In this document: piece after piece, positions 1 to 9,747 of the stretch
Layout: each line of letters opens with the position of its first letter
Numbering within the stretch: the stretch's first letter is position 1
Assembly: GCA_037443035.1 (NCBI GenBank)
Contig: JBBIPC010000002.1
Location: 229,620-293,619 of the forward strand
Reading direction: 5' to 3'
From: Chthonomonadales bacterium
GTDB taxonomy: Bacteria; Armatimonadota; Chthonomonadetes; Chthonomonadales; CAJBBX01
Length of the DNA: 64,000 nt
The notes under the pieces: model-generated
Seen by the model: only the letters and a program-made list of their open reading frames with translations
What the model was told of the DNA's origin: nothing
The model's database searches: none
Made by a program: the position numbers and the translations under genes

Positions 1-2
1 CA

Positions 3-47
3 AAGTCCGACAGGTCAGACAAGTCCGACAGGTCAGACCTGTCCGAC
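3..47 (+). repeat. Period-9 tandem repeat of GTC(C/A)GAC mini-palindromes, 5 units visible; encodes (x-S-D)n in frame
   Basis: Units start at 5, 14, 23, 32 and 41. AAGTCCGACAGGTCAGAC is exactly duplicated at 3-20 and 21-38. Confidence 0.85.
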
Positions 48-821
48 TCGGTCTCCCGCTGCCTATCGCGCCTCGCCTCGATGAAGGAAACCCCGGCCAT
101 GCGCCGCCTCCGCGAAGAAGCCACGCGTCTGGGAGAAGAGAGCAACGTCTTGTACGGAGTACGAAGCGAGGGAATCTTCAGCCTAGATCATGACTTCATC
201 GGCCTGGGATGGCTCCGGCGCCAGTTGGAGCGTGCGCTGGCAGCGTCTGGCGAAGAACGCCGCGAGCTCTTGGCCATGATCGCCGATTACGAGAACCCCG
301 GCCCCGGAGGGTTCTACGACAGTCTCGGTAGTTACGAGTCGGCTCCGCACCTTGTTCATGGCTATCCTTACGATCATGGCCAACCCTATGTCGGAGAGAT
401 GCTCGACGAACGGAACCGCCTGAGCCAGCGCACCATGTGCTACACGCAGGACGAGGCCCAGGGCTTGACCCTGCGCTACGAAGGATTGGACCCCGATGCC
501 ACCTATCGCATTCGGTTCACCCTCGTGCGACCGTGGTACCAACCAAGGTACGCATTTCGGATGAACCAGAAGTCCCAGAGCATCTACGCAGACGACATTC
601 CTCTAGCCATCGGTCTGGAACTGCCCGAGAAGATGAGCGACTTCTTCACCTTCGACATTCCCGGAGAGGTAACCAAAGACGGCGTCTTGACCATTCGGTT
701 CGAGAAGCAACCGGATGTAGCCCAGGGGGATCGTGTCAGCATAGAGCAGTGGCGCAACTGCGGAGGCTGGGGCACTCTCTGCAGCGAAGTTTGGCTCATG
801 CGCAAGGGCAGCCAACGCTAG
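3..821 (+). CDS. C-terminal part of a hypothetical, probably carbohydrate-active protein with a C-terminal beta-sandwich/CBM-like domain; 5' truncated by the window edge
   Basis: Frame of ORF 81..821 is open back to nt 3 (KSDRSDKSDRSDLSDSVSRCLSRLASMKE...). The C-terminus 'LRYEGLDPDATYRIRFT...FDIPGEVTKDGVLTIRF...SEVWL' resembles a jelly-roll module. Confidence 0.55.
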   Translation, partial: KSDRSDKSDRSDLSDSVSRCLSRLASMKETPAMRRLREEATRLGEESNVLYGVRSEGIFSLDHDFIGLGWLRRQLERALAASGEERRELLAMIADYENPGPGGFYDSLGSYESAPHLVHGYPYDHGQPYVGEMLDERNRLSQRTMCYTQDEAQGLTLRYEGLDPDATYRIRFTLVRPWYQPRYAFRMNQKSQSIYADDIPLAIGLELPEKMSDFFTFDIPGEVTKDGVLTIRFEKQPDVAQGDRVSIEQWRNCGGWGTLCSEVWLMRKGSQR

Positions 822-885
822 GGCCAAGATGAAACGCCCACGTCCGAGCAACCGTCCATTCCGCCGGAGGGAGGAGTAACCCTGC

Positions 886-1599
886 ATGATAGAGATACTC
901 GGTGTGTCCAAGTCCTACGGCGACAAGCGAGCGGTGGACAATCTGTCGCTGGAGGTGCGCGACGGCGAGATCTTCGGGTTCATCGGACCCAACGGAGCCG
1001 GGAAGACAACCACCATCAAGATGCTGGTCGGCATGCTCCAGCCTGACGCCGGGACGGTCCGCGTGGACGGCGTGGATGTTCAAGCTGACCCCATTACGGC
1101 CAAGCTCAGCATGGCATACGTGCCGGACACACCGGATGTCTACGAGCGCCTCACGGGCATGCAGTTCGTGAATTTCATCGCCGATGCATACCGCGTCCCT
1201 CAGCAGCGTCGCAGGGAGAGGGTGCACCAACTCGCTGAGGCGCTCGAAATGACGGGCGCTCTGGGCGATCTGATCGAGTCCTATTCCCACGGTATGCGGC
1301 AGAAGATCGTTCTCATCGCAGCGCTAGTCCACGACCCCAAGACATGGGTCCTGGACGAGCCGCTGGTAGGTCTGGATCCAAAGGCGTCCTTCACGCTGAA
1401 GGAGATGATGCGCGAGCATGTTAGCCGCGGCAACACGGTGTTCTTCTCCACACACATCCTCGAGGTGGCCGAGAAGCTGTGCGACCGCGTGGGCATCATT
1501 GTCCAGGGCCGCCTTGTGGCATGTGGCACGCTGGACGAGCTCCGCACAAGATCGGATGAGACTCTGGAAAGCGTGTTCCTGGAGCTCGTAGACCGATGA
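886..1599 (+). CDS. ABC transporter ATP-binding protein (ABC-2/drug-exporter type)
   Basis: Walker A GPNGAGKTT, signature YSHGMRQK, Walker B VLDEP, H-loop STH; GGAGG RBS upstream. Confidence 0.95.
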   Translation: MIEILGVSKSYGDKRAVDNLSLEVRDGEIFGFIGPNGAGKTTTIKMLVGMLQPDAGTVRVDGVDVQADPITAKLSMAYVPDTPDVYERLTGMQFVNFIADAYRVPQQRRRERVHQLAEALEMTGALGDLIESYSHGMRQKIVLIAALVHDPKTWVLDEPLVGLDPKASFTLKEMMREHVSRGNTVFFSTHILEVAEKLCDRVGIIVQGRLVACGTLDELRTRSDETLESVFLELVDR

Positions 1600-3263
1600 C
1601 GACCTCGTCCTCTCGTGCCCTTTTCATCACCCAGATTCTCACGGCGCTCAACCTCAACGCCTTCGTTGTCAAGAAGAAGCGGCTCAGAGCCTGGTTGGCG
1701 ACTGCCGGTCTTACGCTTGCGCTGACGCCCAGCTACGCCGGCATCGCGAGCATGCAGGTGCTGGCCTTCGCGTTCTTGCGGAAGCACGGTCTGCCACTGG
1801 AAGACCTGCTACTGACAGGACTCTACGCCGCTGGACAGATCGTCCTGCTTATTGCGGCGATACCGATTGTCTACTCGTCGCTTTACCAGTCCAATGAACT
1901 CTCCATACTACTGCCCCTGCCATATCGTCCCTGGCAGATCGTCGCAGCGAAGCTTGGCGCCATCTACATTCCCGAACTGCTCCTTGGCTGGGCCTTCTTC
2001 TTGCCCGGCCTGATCACTTACTACGCCTACGGATACGCCTCGCCGCTCCATCTGCCCGTCACCCTGGTCGGCCTCATGTTCATGCCGGTCATACCGCTGG
2101 CGTTGTCGTCCATTGTGTGCATTCTCGTAGCCAACATACCGGGGATTGGCCGTAGCCGCTGGTTCTGGTACATCGGCATCACGCTTGCCCTGGTGGGTGT
2201 CTCCTTCCTGCCCATGATGGCCATGTCGGCAGACGACCCGGGCATGATGTCGGACCTCGTGCAAATCCGTATGCGTCAGATCAGCCACCTGGCGAGGCTC
2301 ATGCCCGGGGTTCAGTACGCCATGTACGCGCTGGTCGGTGACACGTGGATGGCGGCGCTTCAGCAGTTGGTCCATCTCGTCATTGTGGCGGCCTACGCCG
2401 TCGCCGTCCTGGGCATTGGCAACCGCTTCTACATCGGACCCATACTTCGCGGCACTCCTGCCGCCAATCGCCGGTCCGCACAGGCCGAACGGGCGCAGGA
2501 GCGGGGCATTCTGGCCTCTCTCATTCGGAAGGAGCTGCTGTGCACCCTAAAGGACCCGGCAGTTGCCATGAACGGCCTTGGCGGCTACATCGCTCTTCCT
2601 CTGCTCGCCGTCACCTATACCGTCCTCAAGTACCAGACTAGAGGCAAAGTTGACATTATCGGCCAGATCGATAAGCTACTACACAGCGAGGCCTTCTCGC
2701 AACATCTGCCTTTCTTCGTCGTGGGGATTGCACTGGCTCTGGCCATGTTCGGCAGCATGTCTTCGCTTTTCGCCGCCAGCTACTCCAAGGATGGCAAGCG
2801 GCTCTGGGTCGAGAAGTCTTTGCCGCTACCTCCCTTCGCCATCTACCTGGGGAAGTTCTGGGCCGCGTTCCTCATGATCAGCGCACTGAACCTCCTCACG
2901 GTGGCGGTATTCTCTCTGGCCATACCCATTCGCGCGCATGAGTGGTCTTTCGTTGTGGCCCTTAGCGAAGCTGTCATCGCCTGGAGCGGCGCTGGCGGTC
3001 TAGCCATAGACGCCGTGCGGCCGAAGCTGGTCTGGAAGGACACGGTACAGGCCGTCAAGCAGAACATGAATGTGGTGCTGGGTCTGGGTGTTACCATGGC
3101 CGGACTGGGCCTGAACGTGCTACTGCTATGGCGGCTGTACCAAGCAGAAGCCGACCCGTGGTTTGTGTACGCCGGAGCGATGGCACTGAACCTTGCATTC
3201 CTAGTCGCGGCCTTTGTCGCGGGCAGACGCGCTGCCGAAAGGCTTCGTTCCGTCATGGTCTAG
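1596..3263 (+). CDS. ABC-2 type exporter permease (about 12-14 TM)
   Basis: Highly hydrophobic with two repeated halves ('LLPLPYRPWQIVAAK', 'SLPLPPFAIYLGK'); ATGA overlap with the ATPase. Confidence 0.85.
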   Translation: MTTSSSRALFITQILTALNLNAFVVKKKRLRAWLATAGLTLALTPSYAGIASMQVLAFAFLRKHGLPLEDLLLTGLYAAGQIVLLIAAIPIVYSSLYQSNELSILLPLPYRPWQIVAAKLGAIYIPELLLGWAFFLPGLITYYAYGYASPLHLPVTLVGLMFMPVIPLALSSIVCILVANIPGIGRSRWFWYIGITLALVGVSFLPMMAMSADDPGMMSDLVQIRMRQISHLARLMPGVQYAMYALVGDTWMAALQQLVHLVIVAAYAVAVLGIGNRFYIGPILRGTPAANRRSAQAERAQERGILASLIRKELLCTLKDPAVAMNGLGGYIALPLLAVTYTVLKYQTRGKVDIIGQIDKLLHSEAFSQHLPFFVVGIALALAMFGSMSSLFAASYSKDGKRLWVEKSLPLPPFAIYLGKFWAAFLMISALNLLTVAVFSLAIPIRAHEWSFVVALSEAVIAWSGAGGLAIDAVRPKLVWKDTVQAVKQNMNVVLGLGVTMAGLGLNVLLLWRLYQAEADPWFVYAGAMALNLAFLVAAFVAGRRAAERLRSVMV

Positions 3264-3316
3264 GTGGAACGCCCGACCACCGCGAGGGCAGCCTGTATAG
3301 GCTACAATAGGCCGCC

Positions 3317-4645
3317 ATGCTTCGTGCCGCGGCAACGCCCTTGGCCATCCTCGTCCTCGCCTTGACGGTCTGGTACAGCGAGGTCGTCGTCCGACCTCCT
3401 GTACGTCCAGGACCGGTGGAAGTCATCTACTGGGAAAAGTGGACCAGCTTCGAAGGCGACGCCATGCGCGCAGTGGTGGATGCTTTCAACCGCAAACAGA
3501 ACCGCATCTTCGTCAAGCTCCTGACCATCAGCGGCATCGAGAACAAGACACTCATGGCGGTTGCGGGTGGCAACCCACCCGATGTAGCCGGACTCTACGG
3601 CCCCAACGTGGCTCAGTACGCTGACGACCAGGCCATCATGCCACTGGACGATTTCTGCGCCGCACACGGCATCAACGCTTCCCAGTACATTCCGTGTTAC
3701 TGGGATATCGGCGTATACAGAGGACGGGTGTACTCCCTGCCGACCACACCTGCGTCTACCGCACTCCACTATAACAGGCGCATGCTGCGCGAGGCCGGTC
3801 TCGATCCCAACCGCCCGCCACGCACCATCGAGGAGCTCGACCAGTATGCTGAGAAGATCACGCGCAGAGACAGCCGCGGACGGATCGTTCGAGCCGGCTT
3901 CATGCCTGCCGAACCGGGGTGGTGGAACTGGGGCTGGGGATGCATCTTCGGCGGGAAGCTCTGGGATGGGAAGACGCGAATCACCGCCAACGCTCCCGAG
4001 AACGTTCGCGCCTTCGAGTGGATACGGTCGTACAGCGTCAAGTATGGTGCCACCGACCTGCAGACCTTCCGCAGCGGATTCGGCAACTTCTCGTCACCTC
4101 AGAATGCATTTCTCGCGGAACAAGTGGCCATGGAGCTGCAGGGCGTGTGGATGCACAATTTCATCAGCATGTACGCTCCTGGTCTCGACTGGGCGGCTGC
4201 ACCGTTCCCCTATCCTGCGGACCGTCCCGACCTGGCGGAAAGCACGTTCGTGGACGAAGACGTCCTTGTCATCCCCAGAGGTGCAAAGCACCCGCGAGAG
4301 GCTTTCGAGTTCATCGCCTTCGTGCAATCCCAGGAGGGTATGGAGCTGCTGTGCATGGGGCAGCGCAAGCATACGCCCCTTGTCAAGGTCAGCGATCGGT
4401 TCTGGAAGACCCACCCCAACCCGTACGTGAAGCTGTTTGCACGCCTGGCATACAGCCCGAACGCCATCGCGCCTCCTAAGCTGCCCTTGTGGCCCGAGTA
4501 CGGCGCCGAGTTGAACAACGCCTTCGACGAAGTCGTACTCCTCAAGAAGACACCACAACAGGCGCTGGATGCGGTACAGGCGAGGATGCAGCCGAAGCTC
4601 GACCAATACGTTCGCCTGTCCCGCCTGCGGGGAGAGGAACCATGA
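3317..4645 (+). CDS. Carbohydrate ABC transporter substrate-binding protein
   Basis: N-terminal hydrophobic anchor; SBP family 1 motifs 'AGGNPPDVA', 'YRGRVYSLP', 'LHYNRRML', 'EAFEFIAF'. Confidence 0.92.
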   Translation: MLRAAATPLAILVLALTVWYSEVVVRPPVRPGPVEVIYWEKWTSFEGDAMRAVVDAFNRKQNRIFVKLLTISGIENKTLMAVAGGNPPDVAGLYGPNVAQYADDQAIMPLDDFCAAHGINASQYIPCYWDIGVYRGRVYSLPTTPASTALHYNRRMLREAGLDPNRPPRTIEELDQYAEKITRRDSRGRIVRAGFMPAEPGWWNWGWGCIFGGKLWDGKTRITANAPENVRAFEWIRSYSVKYGATDLQTFRSGFGNFSSPQNAFLAEQVAMELQGVWMHNFISMYAPGLDWAAAPFPYPADRPDLAESTFVDEDVLVIPRGAKHPREAFEFIAFVQSQEGMELLCMGQRKHTPLVKVSDRFWKTHPNPYVKLFARLAYSPNAIAPPKLPLWPEYGAELNNAFDEVVLLKKTPQQALDAVQARMQPKLDQYVRLSRLRGEEP

Positions 4646-5697
4646 GACGCGAGACGAGAACAGCGCTGCTCTTCGCCTCACCGTGGTTCGTCGGTTTCAG
4701 CGTGTTTCTCGCCTACCCGCTCGCAGCGTCCCTGTACTACAGCTTCTGCGACTATTCTGTTCTCCGGTCGCCCGTGTGGGTTGGTTGGCTGAACTTCCGC
4801 AACCTGATCGCTGACGAGGTCTTCTGGGCCAGTCTGAAGAACACGGCGATCTACGCCGCCATGGCGCTACCGCTCGGCATGCTGACAGCCCTCTCCCTCG
4901 CCCTCTTGCTGAACACGAAGGTGAAGGGGATGACCGTCTATCGGACGATCTTCTTCTTGCCATCTCTCGTGCCCACGATTCCGCTGGCCGTGCTCTGGCT
5001 GTGGGTCTTCAACGGTGAACACGGCATTCTGAACTACGCTCTGGAGTATCTGCCCGCGGCCGTCATCCTCGGGCTACCGCTGTTGATTGGCATCGTCGCC
5101 GCCTGCGTCGGCTATGCATCAGGCCGACGTCAGTTAGGACACGGGCTTCTGGTCATGACCCTGGTCATCCTGGCAGCGACGGTCTGGGCTGGGGGAGTCG
5201 GGATGGGTCTACTTCAGAAGCTCCACGCGATAGTGCGGCTGCCGACGCCGAACTGGCTCAGCGATACTGCCTGGTCGAAGCCCGCCCTGGCACTCATGGC
5301 GTTGTGGGGATCGGGCAATGCCATGGTCATCTACCTCGCCGGTCTGCAGGACGTCCCGACGGAGATGTACGAAGCTGCAGAGCTCGACGGCGCCGGATGG
5401 TGGGCGCGGACCCGCAACGTCACCATACCCTTCGTCTCGCCTGTCATCCTCTTCAACGGTATTATGGGCATCATCGGCACGCTGCAGGTTTTCGCGGAGC
5501 CCTACGTCATGTTCCCTGGAGGCTCACCGGCTCGTTCCACATACTTCTACACGATGTACCTGTTCGACAACGCCTTCATCTACCACAAGATGGGCTATGC
5601 CTGCGCCATGGGCTGGATCATGTTCCTCATCATCCTCGGACTCACGCTGCTTGCTCTCCGCCTCTCGGAGAGGCATGTGCACTACCAGGGAGGCTAG
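4642..5697 (+). CDS. Carbohydrate ABC transporter permease (MalF/UgpA-like)
   Basis: ATG 4642 overlaps the SBP stop (ATGA); EAA motif 'MYEAAELDGAGWW'. Confidence 0.93.
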   Translation: MRRETRTALLFASPWFVGFSVFLAYPLAASLYYSFCDYSVLRSPVWVGWLNFRNLIADEVFWASLKNTAIYAAMALPLGMLTALSLALLLNTKVKGMTVYRTIFFLPSLVPTIPLAVLWLWVFNGEHGILNYALEYLPAAVILGLPLLIGIVAACVGYASGRRQLGHGLLVMTLVILAATVWAGGVGMGLLQKLHAIVRLPTPNWLSDTAWSKPALALMALWGSGNAMVIYLAGLQDVPTEMYEAAELDGAGWWARTRNVTIPFVSPVILFNGIMGIIGTLQVFAEPYVMFPGGSPARSTYFYTMYLFDNAFIYHKMGYACAMGWIMFLIILGLTLLALRLSERHVHYQGG

Positions 5698-5817
5698 GGT
5701 GATGAGCGAACATCATGGGACGGTCCGGATCGCTGCCTCGCGCCGGCAGACGCAACCGGACTGTAGCACCCGGCAAGTTCCGGGGCGCCTCACGCGACGG
5801 ATAGGGCCTAGCGAAAG

Positions 5818-6705
5818 ATGGCCGTGAACGCACCTGCGTCCAAGCAGAAACCTCGCCTGAGGGATCAGCGACATCAGTGGCTGGTCCACCTGGTGCTGAT
5901 GCTCCTGTCCGTGGCGTTTCTCTTTCCCCTTCTCTGGCTGATTTCGACCGCCCTGAAGCCCATCGAAGAGACCATGCGACAACCGCCGACTCTGTTCCCT
6001 TCCAGTATTCAGTGGCACAACTTCCGAGATGCTTTCGTCTACGGGGCCGACAAGCTGGGGTACATCCCGTTTCTTGTCTACGGACGGAATACGCTCCTTC
6101 TCTGCATCCTTGGCGTGTCCGGGGTGGTTGTTTCCAACTCGGTAGTTGCGTACGCCTTCGCACGTCTCCGATGGCCAGGGAGAGACATCCTGTTCGCGGC
6201 CACGTTGGCAACGATGATGATCCCGTTCCCGGTCCTCATGGTCCCCATCTACGCGTTCTGGCGCTCGCTCGGCTGGATAGGGACGTTCAAACCGCTCTGG
6301 GTGCCTGCATGGTTCGGGAGCGCGTTCAACATCTTTCTCTTGCGCCAGTTCTTCCGCACCATCCCGTTGGAGCTCTCTGAAGCCGCCCGGATAGACGGCT
6401 GCTCAGAATGGGGCATCTTCCGGCAGGTCGTGCTTCCACTGGCCAAGCCGGCTCTGGCAGTTGTCGCGCTCTTTCACTTCATGTATACATGGCGCGACTT
6501 CCTCGGACCGCTCATCTACCTCATGGACCAGAGGACCTTCACGCTGTCCCTCGGGCTACAGTTCTACCAGAGCCAGCACGGTGGCACGCAATGGCATCTT
6601 CTCATGGCCGCCTCCACGATCGTCATCGCTCCGGTCATTGTCCTCTTCTTCTTCACCCAGAAGCAGTTCATCCAGGGCATCGCGGTCACAGGTATCAAGG
6701 GCTGA
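5818..6705 (+). CDS. Carbohydrate ABC transporter permease (MalG/UgpE-like)
   Basis: EAA motif 'ELSEAARIDGCSEW', C-terminus 'QKQFIQGIAVTGIKG'. Start is ATG 5818 or GTG 5824. Confidence 0.93.
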   Translation: MAVNAPASKQKPRLRDQRHQWLVHLVLMLLSVAFLFPLLWLISTALKPIEETMRQPPTLFPSSIQWHNFRDAFVYGADKLGYIPFLVYGRNTLLLCILGVSGVVVSNSVVAYAFARLRWPGRDILFAATLATMMIPFPVLMVPIYAFWRSLGWIGTFKPLWVPAWFGSAFNIFLLRQFFRTIPLELSEAARIDGCSEWGIFRQVVLPLAKPALAVVALFHFMYTWRDFLGPLIYLMDQRTFTLSLGLQFYQSQHGGTQWHLLMAASTIVIAPVIVLFFFTQKQFIQGIAVTGIKG

Positions 6706-6767
6706 CCCATCGGTCGCCATGTATGGGGGGTGCTGAACACGCAGCGCCCGTGAGCGAGGTAACACGC

Positions 6768-8285
6768 ATGACGCATCCCATGACTTTGGCATTCGTGCTG
6801 TTAGCCGCCAGCGGGAGGCTTCTCGCTGCTGACGTCTCGGTACGGACATACGGAGCCAGGGGCGATGGTGTGCACGATGATACGGCTGCGTTCGGCCAAG
6901 CCCTGAGTGCCGCAGCGAAGTCGGGAGGGGTCGTACGCGTGCCGTCCGTGGGACCTGGCCGCGGGTATGTCATCTCCGGGACGCTGACCATACCTGCAGG
7001 TGTTTCTCTCGTTGGCAGTCCTGCGGGGTTTGCCAACAATGCTTGGGCCGCCTTCTCCATGCCAGAGAGCATCCTCGTGGGCGCGAAGATACTGGCCCGT
7101 CCCAAACCGGACGATTACACCGGCGCGAAGAAGCGTCCGCTCTTCGAACTGCCCGGTGGTTCTACGGTGAGGGGGTTGTACATTCTGTACGACCAGCAAC
7201 CCTGGCCCTCGGACGAGGAGTTCGCCGACGCGGCCTCACCGTTTCACTACCCGGATTACGCCAGCGCGCGTCGCCTCTTTCTGCGTCAGCACGTGAAACC
7301 CTATGGCCCGACCTTCTACGTCACCGGTCCCAACGTGGTGATCGAGGACATCGTCTGTGATAGGTACTACGACTTCTTCGTGCAAGCTCGCGGTGGTCGC
7401 ACCTACGTTGACCGGGTGAGCCTCTACGGCTACAGGTGCGGATTCGCTTACAGGGAATGCCTCGACGTCAATCGTCTGTCGCGCGTCCACCTCGTACCCA
7501 ACGTAGGTCCGGCATGTCCTGGCAAGGCTCTCCCAGGCAAGACGTACACGTGGATCTATGGGATCATCGCATCAAGTGCCGACAACGTTGGGGTGCACGT
7601 AGCGCGTTCCGATGGATATGTCTTCCGTGATCTGATGTTCTTTGGCGTGCACACCGCACTGCGATTGGGTGCTTCTCGCGACTATCCTCTGCACGACACT
7701 GTCGAGGGCGTGGAGGCATATGAGCAGGAGGCGTCCCAGGTCCGCCATGGCTTCGGATCTTCTTACGTTGCACAGGGTCCGTGGGGGTCCGTGAGCGAGC
7801 TCACCGCTGATCTATGCGCCGTAGGCGTCCACTTGGTCTGGCCGACGCCGCTGACCAACCGCCTGACGAACGTCATCGTCCACACTGGCATCACCGACGA
7901 CCGGTCCTTCCTGGTTCCGGGCAAGGACGCATCGCCAATTGGACGCCAGGCCGCAGTCCTGGTGGAATCGAGCCATTCAGTCACGAACAACATTGGCATC
8001 GTACCGGCACTGCTCATCTGCAACCTATCCGTAGGCTCCTTCCACGATCCAGGGCGCTTCGGGCCGGCCGCTGCTGACGCGTCGCGTTGTCGAGGCCGTG
8101 CGTTTCTCGTAGACGGCGACGTTGCCATCGAGATAGCCAACGCCCAGATTAACAGCCCCTATACTGAGGACTCGACCATCGCCTTCGGACCGGCTGCCAG
8201 CAAGGCCACGCTCAGAATCCGCGGACTGTTGCGCACGGGCAACGCCTGCCCCGATCTGGTCCTGAAGGGACCACCCGGGCAATAA
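6768..8285 (+). CDS. Secreted pectate-lyase-3/GH28-related right-handed beta-helix protein
   Basis: Signal peptide followed by 'VSVRTYGARGDGVHDDTAAF...GGVVRVP'. Start re-assigned to ATG 6768 (GAGGT RBS). Confidence 0.75.
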   Translation: MTHPMTLAFVLLAASGRLLAADVSVRTYGARGDGVHDDTAAFGQALSAAAKSGGVVRVPSVGPGRGYVISGTLTIPAGVSLVGSPAGFANNAWAAFSMPESILVGAKILARPKPDDYTGAKKRPLFELPGGSTVRGLYILYDQQPWPSDEEFADAASPFHYPDYASARRLFLRQHVKPYGPTFYVTGPNVVIEDIVCDRYYDFFVQARGGRTYVDRVSLYGYRCGFAYRECLDVNRLSRVHLVPNVGPACPGKALPGKTYTWIYGIIASSADNVGVHVARSDGYVFRDLMFFGVHTALRLGASRDYPLHDTVEGVEAYEQEASQVRHGFGSSYVAQGPWGSVSELTADLCAVGVHLVWPTPLTNRLTNVIVHTGITDDRSFLVPGKDASPIGRQAAVLVESSHSVTNNIGIVPALLICNLSVGSFHDPGRFGPAAADASRCRGRAFLVDGDVAIEIANAQINSPYTEDSTIAFGPAASKATLRIRGLLRTGNACPDLVLKGPPGQ

Positions 8286-8307
8286 GATTGCCCGACCCAA
8301 GTTGCTA

Positions 8308-9747
8308 TCAGGCCAAGAGCGTCTCGCCCATAAGGAACTGGTCGATCCCACGCGCAGCCCTGCGCCCTTCTGCAATGGCCCACACAATCAGGGACTGTCC
8401 ACGGCGCATATCTCCGGCTGCGAATACGCCACGCACCGATGTCATGCGGTTCGCATCCGTCTGGACGTTGCCTCTGGCATCCAGCTTCACTCGGAGATCC
8501 GCCAGGAGACCATCGTGCTGAGGGTGCAGGAAACCCATGGCGAGCAGTACGAGGTCTGCCTCTACCGTGAACTCGCTGCCAGAGATCTCCCGCATGGGCC
8601 TCCGGCCGTCGGGCCCAGGTTCACCGAACTCCACACGCACGCAGCGGAGACGCCGGACGCGCCCACCCTCGCCCTCGAACGCCTTGGTACTCACCGACCA
8701 TATCCGCGTGCCGCCTTCCTCGTGCGCTGACGATGTTCGGAGGATCATCGGGTACGTAGGCCACGGCTGAGAGGGATCTCTCTTCTCCGGTGGCTTCGGA
8801 AGGAGCTCGATCTGCGTAACCTCAGCCGCGCCCTGGCGCAAGGCTGTCCCCAGACAGTCGGCGCCGGTGTCGCCGCCTCCCAGGATCACGACGCGCTTAC
8901 CGGCAGCCGTTATGCGCAGGTCGTCGGGAACATGGTCACCCGCGTTGACACGGTTCTGCTGTGCCAGGAACTCCATGGCGAAGTGGATACCCCGAAGTTC
9001 ACGTCCAGGCACATTCAGATCCCTGGGGATGGTCGAGCCACCGGCCAGGCAGACTGCGTCGAATCGGCCACGCAGTTGAGCTGCCGTGATATCCACGCCG
9101 ACGTTGACGCGCGGTCGGAAAATGACACCTTCCTCCGCCATGAGCGCCAACCGCCTGTCCAGGACCCGCTTGTCGAGTTTGAAATCAGGGATTCCGTAGC
9201 GCAGTAATCCCCCGATGCGGTCGGCACGCTCGAACACGGTCACGAGATGGCCGGCCCGGTTGAGCTGCTGAGCGACGGCTAGACCGGCGGGGCCGGATCC
9301 CACCACTGCGACGGTCCTACCTGTGCGGACGGAAGGAGGTTCTGGCACAACCCAGCCTTCGGCAAAGCCGATGTCAATAATGTGCTGTTCTATCTGCTTG
9401 ATCGTCACAGCCGGCTGGTTGTAGCCAAGCACACAGGAATACTCGCATGGTGCGGGACACAGGCGCCCCGTGAACTCCGGGAAGTTGTTGGTCGCGTGCA
9501 GCCGATCCAGTGCTTCTCGCATGCGCCCGCGATATACCAAGTCGTTGAAATCTGGGATGATGTTGGTTAGTGGGCAGCCGTAGTGGCAGAAGGGCACCCC
9601 ACAGTCCATGCAGCGGGCGGCCTGCTCGCGAAGCGCGGCTGGTTCCAGAGGCAAGACGAACTCCTGCCAGTCCCGAACCCGCTCTTGCGCTGGACGCGTT
9701 GGCGCGAGCTTCCGCGTGTGTTTCAGAAACCCCCGCGGATCAGCCAT
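8308..9747 (-). CDS. gltD: Glutamate synthase small (beta) subunit
   Basis: '[13 protein letters not shown]', 'GRLCPAPCE', 'VVGSGPAGL', 'GGGDTGADC', '[15 protein letters not shown]'. Confidence 0.97.
   Translation of the reverse strand: MADPRGFLKHTRKLAPTRPAQERVRDWQEFVLPLEPAALREQAARCMDCGVPFCHYGCPLTNIIPDFNDLVYRGRMREALDRLHATNNFPEFTGRLCPAPCEYSCVLGYNQPAVTIKQIEQHIIDIGFAEGWVVPEPPSVRTGRTVAVVGSGPAGLAVAQQLNRAGHLVTVFERADRIGGLLRYGIPDFKLDKRVLDRRLALMAEEGVIFRPRVNVGVDITAAQLRGRFDAVCLAGGSTIPRDLNVPGRELRGIHFAMEFLAQQNRVNAGDHVPDDLRITAAGKRVVILGGGDTGADCLGTALRQGAAEVTQIELLPKPPEKRDPSQPWPTYPMILRTSSAHEEGGTRIWSVSTKAFEGEGGRVRRLRCVRVEFGEPGPDGRRPMREISGSEFTVEADLVLLAMGFLHPQHDGLLADLRVKLDARGNVQTDANRMTSVRGVFAAGDMRRGQSLIVWAIAEGRRAARGIDQFLMGETLLA

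Noticed and set aside
3..47. CRISPR array or SD-repeat adhesin
   Set aside because: 9-bp tandem units without spacers; too short and in the wrong protein context for an Sdr-type stalk.
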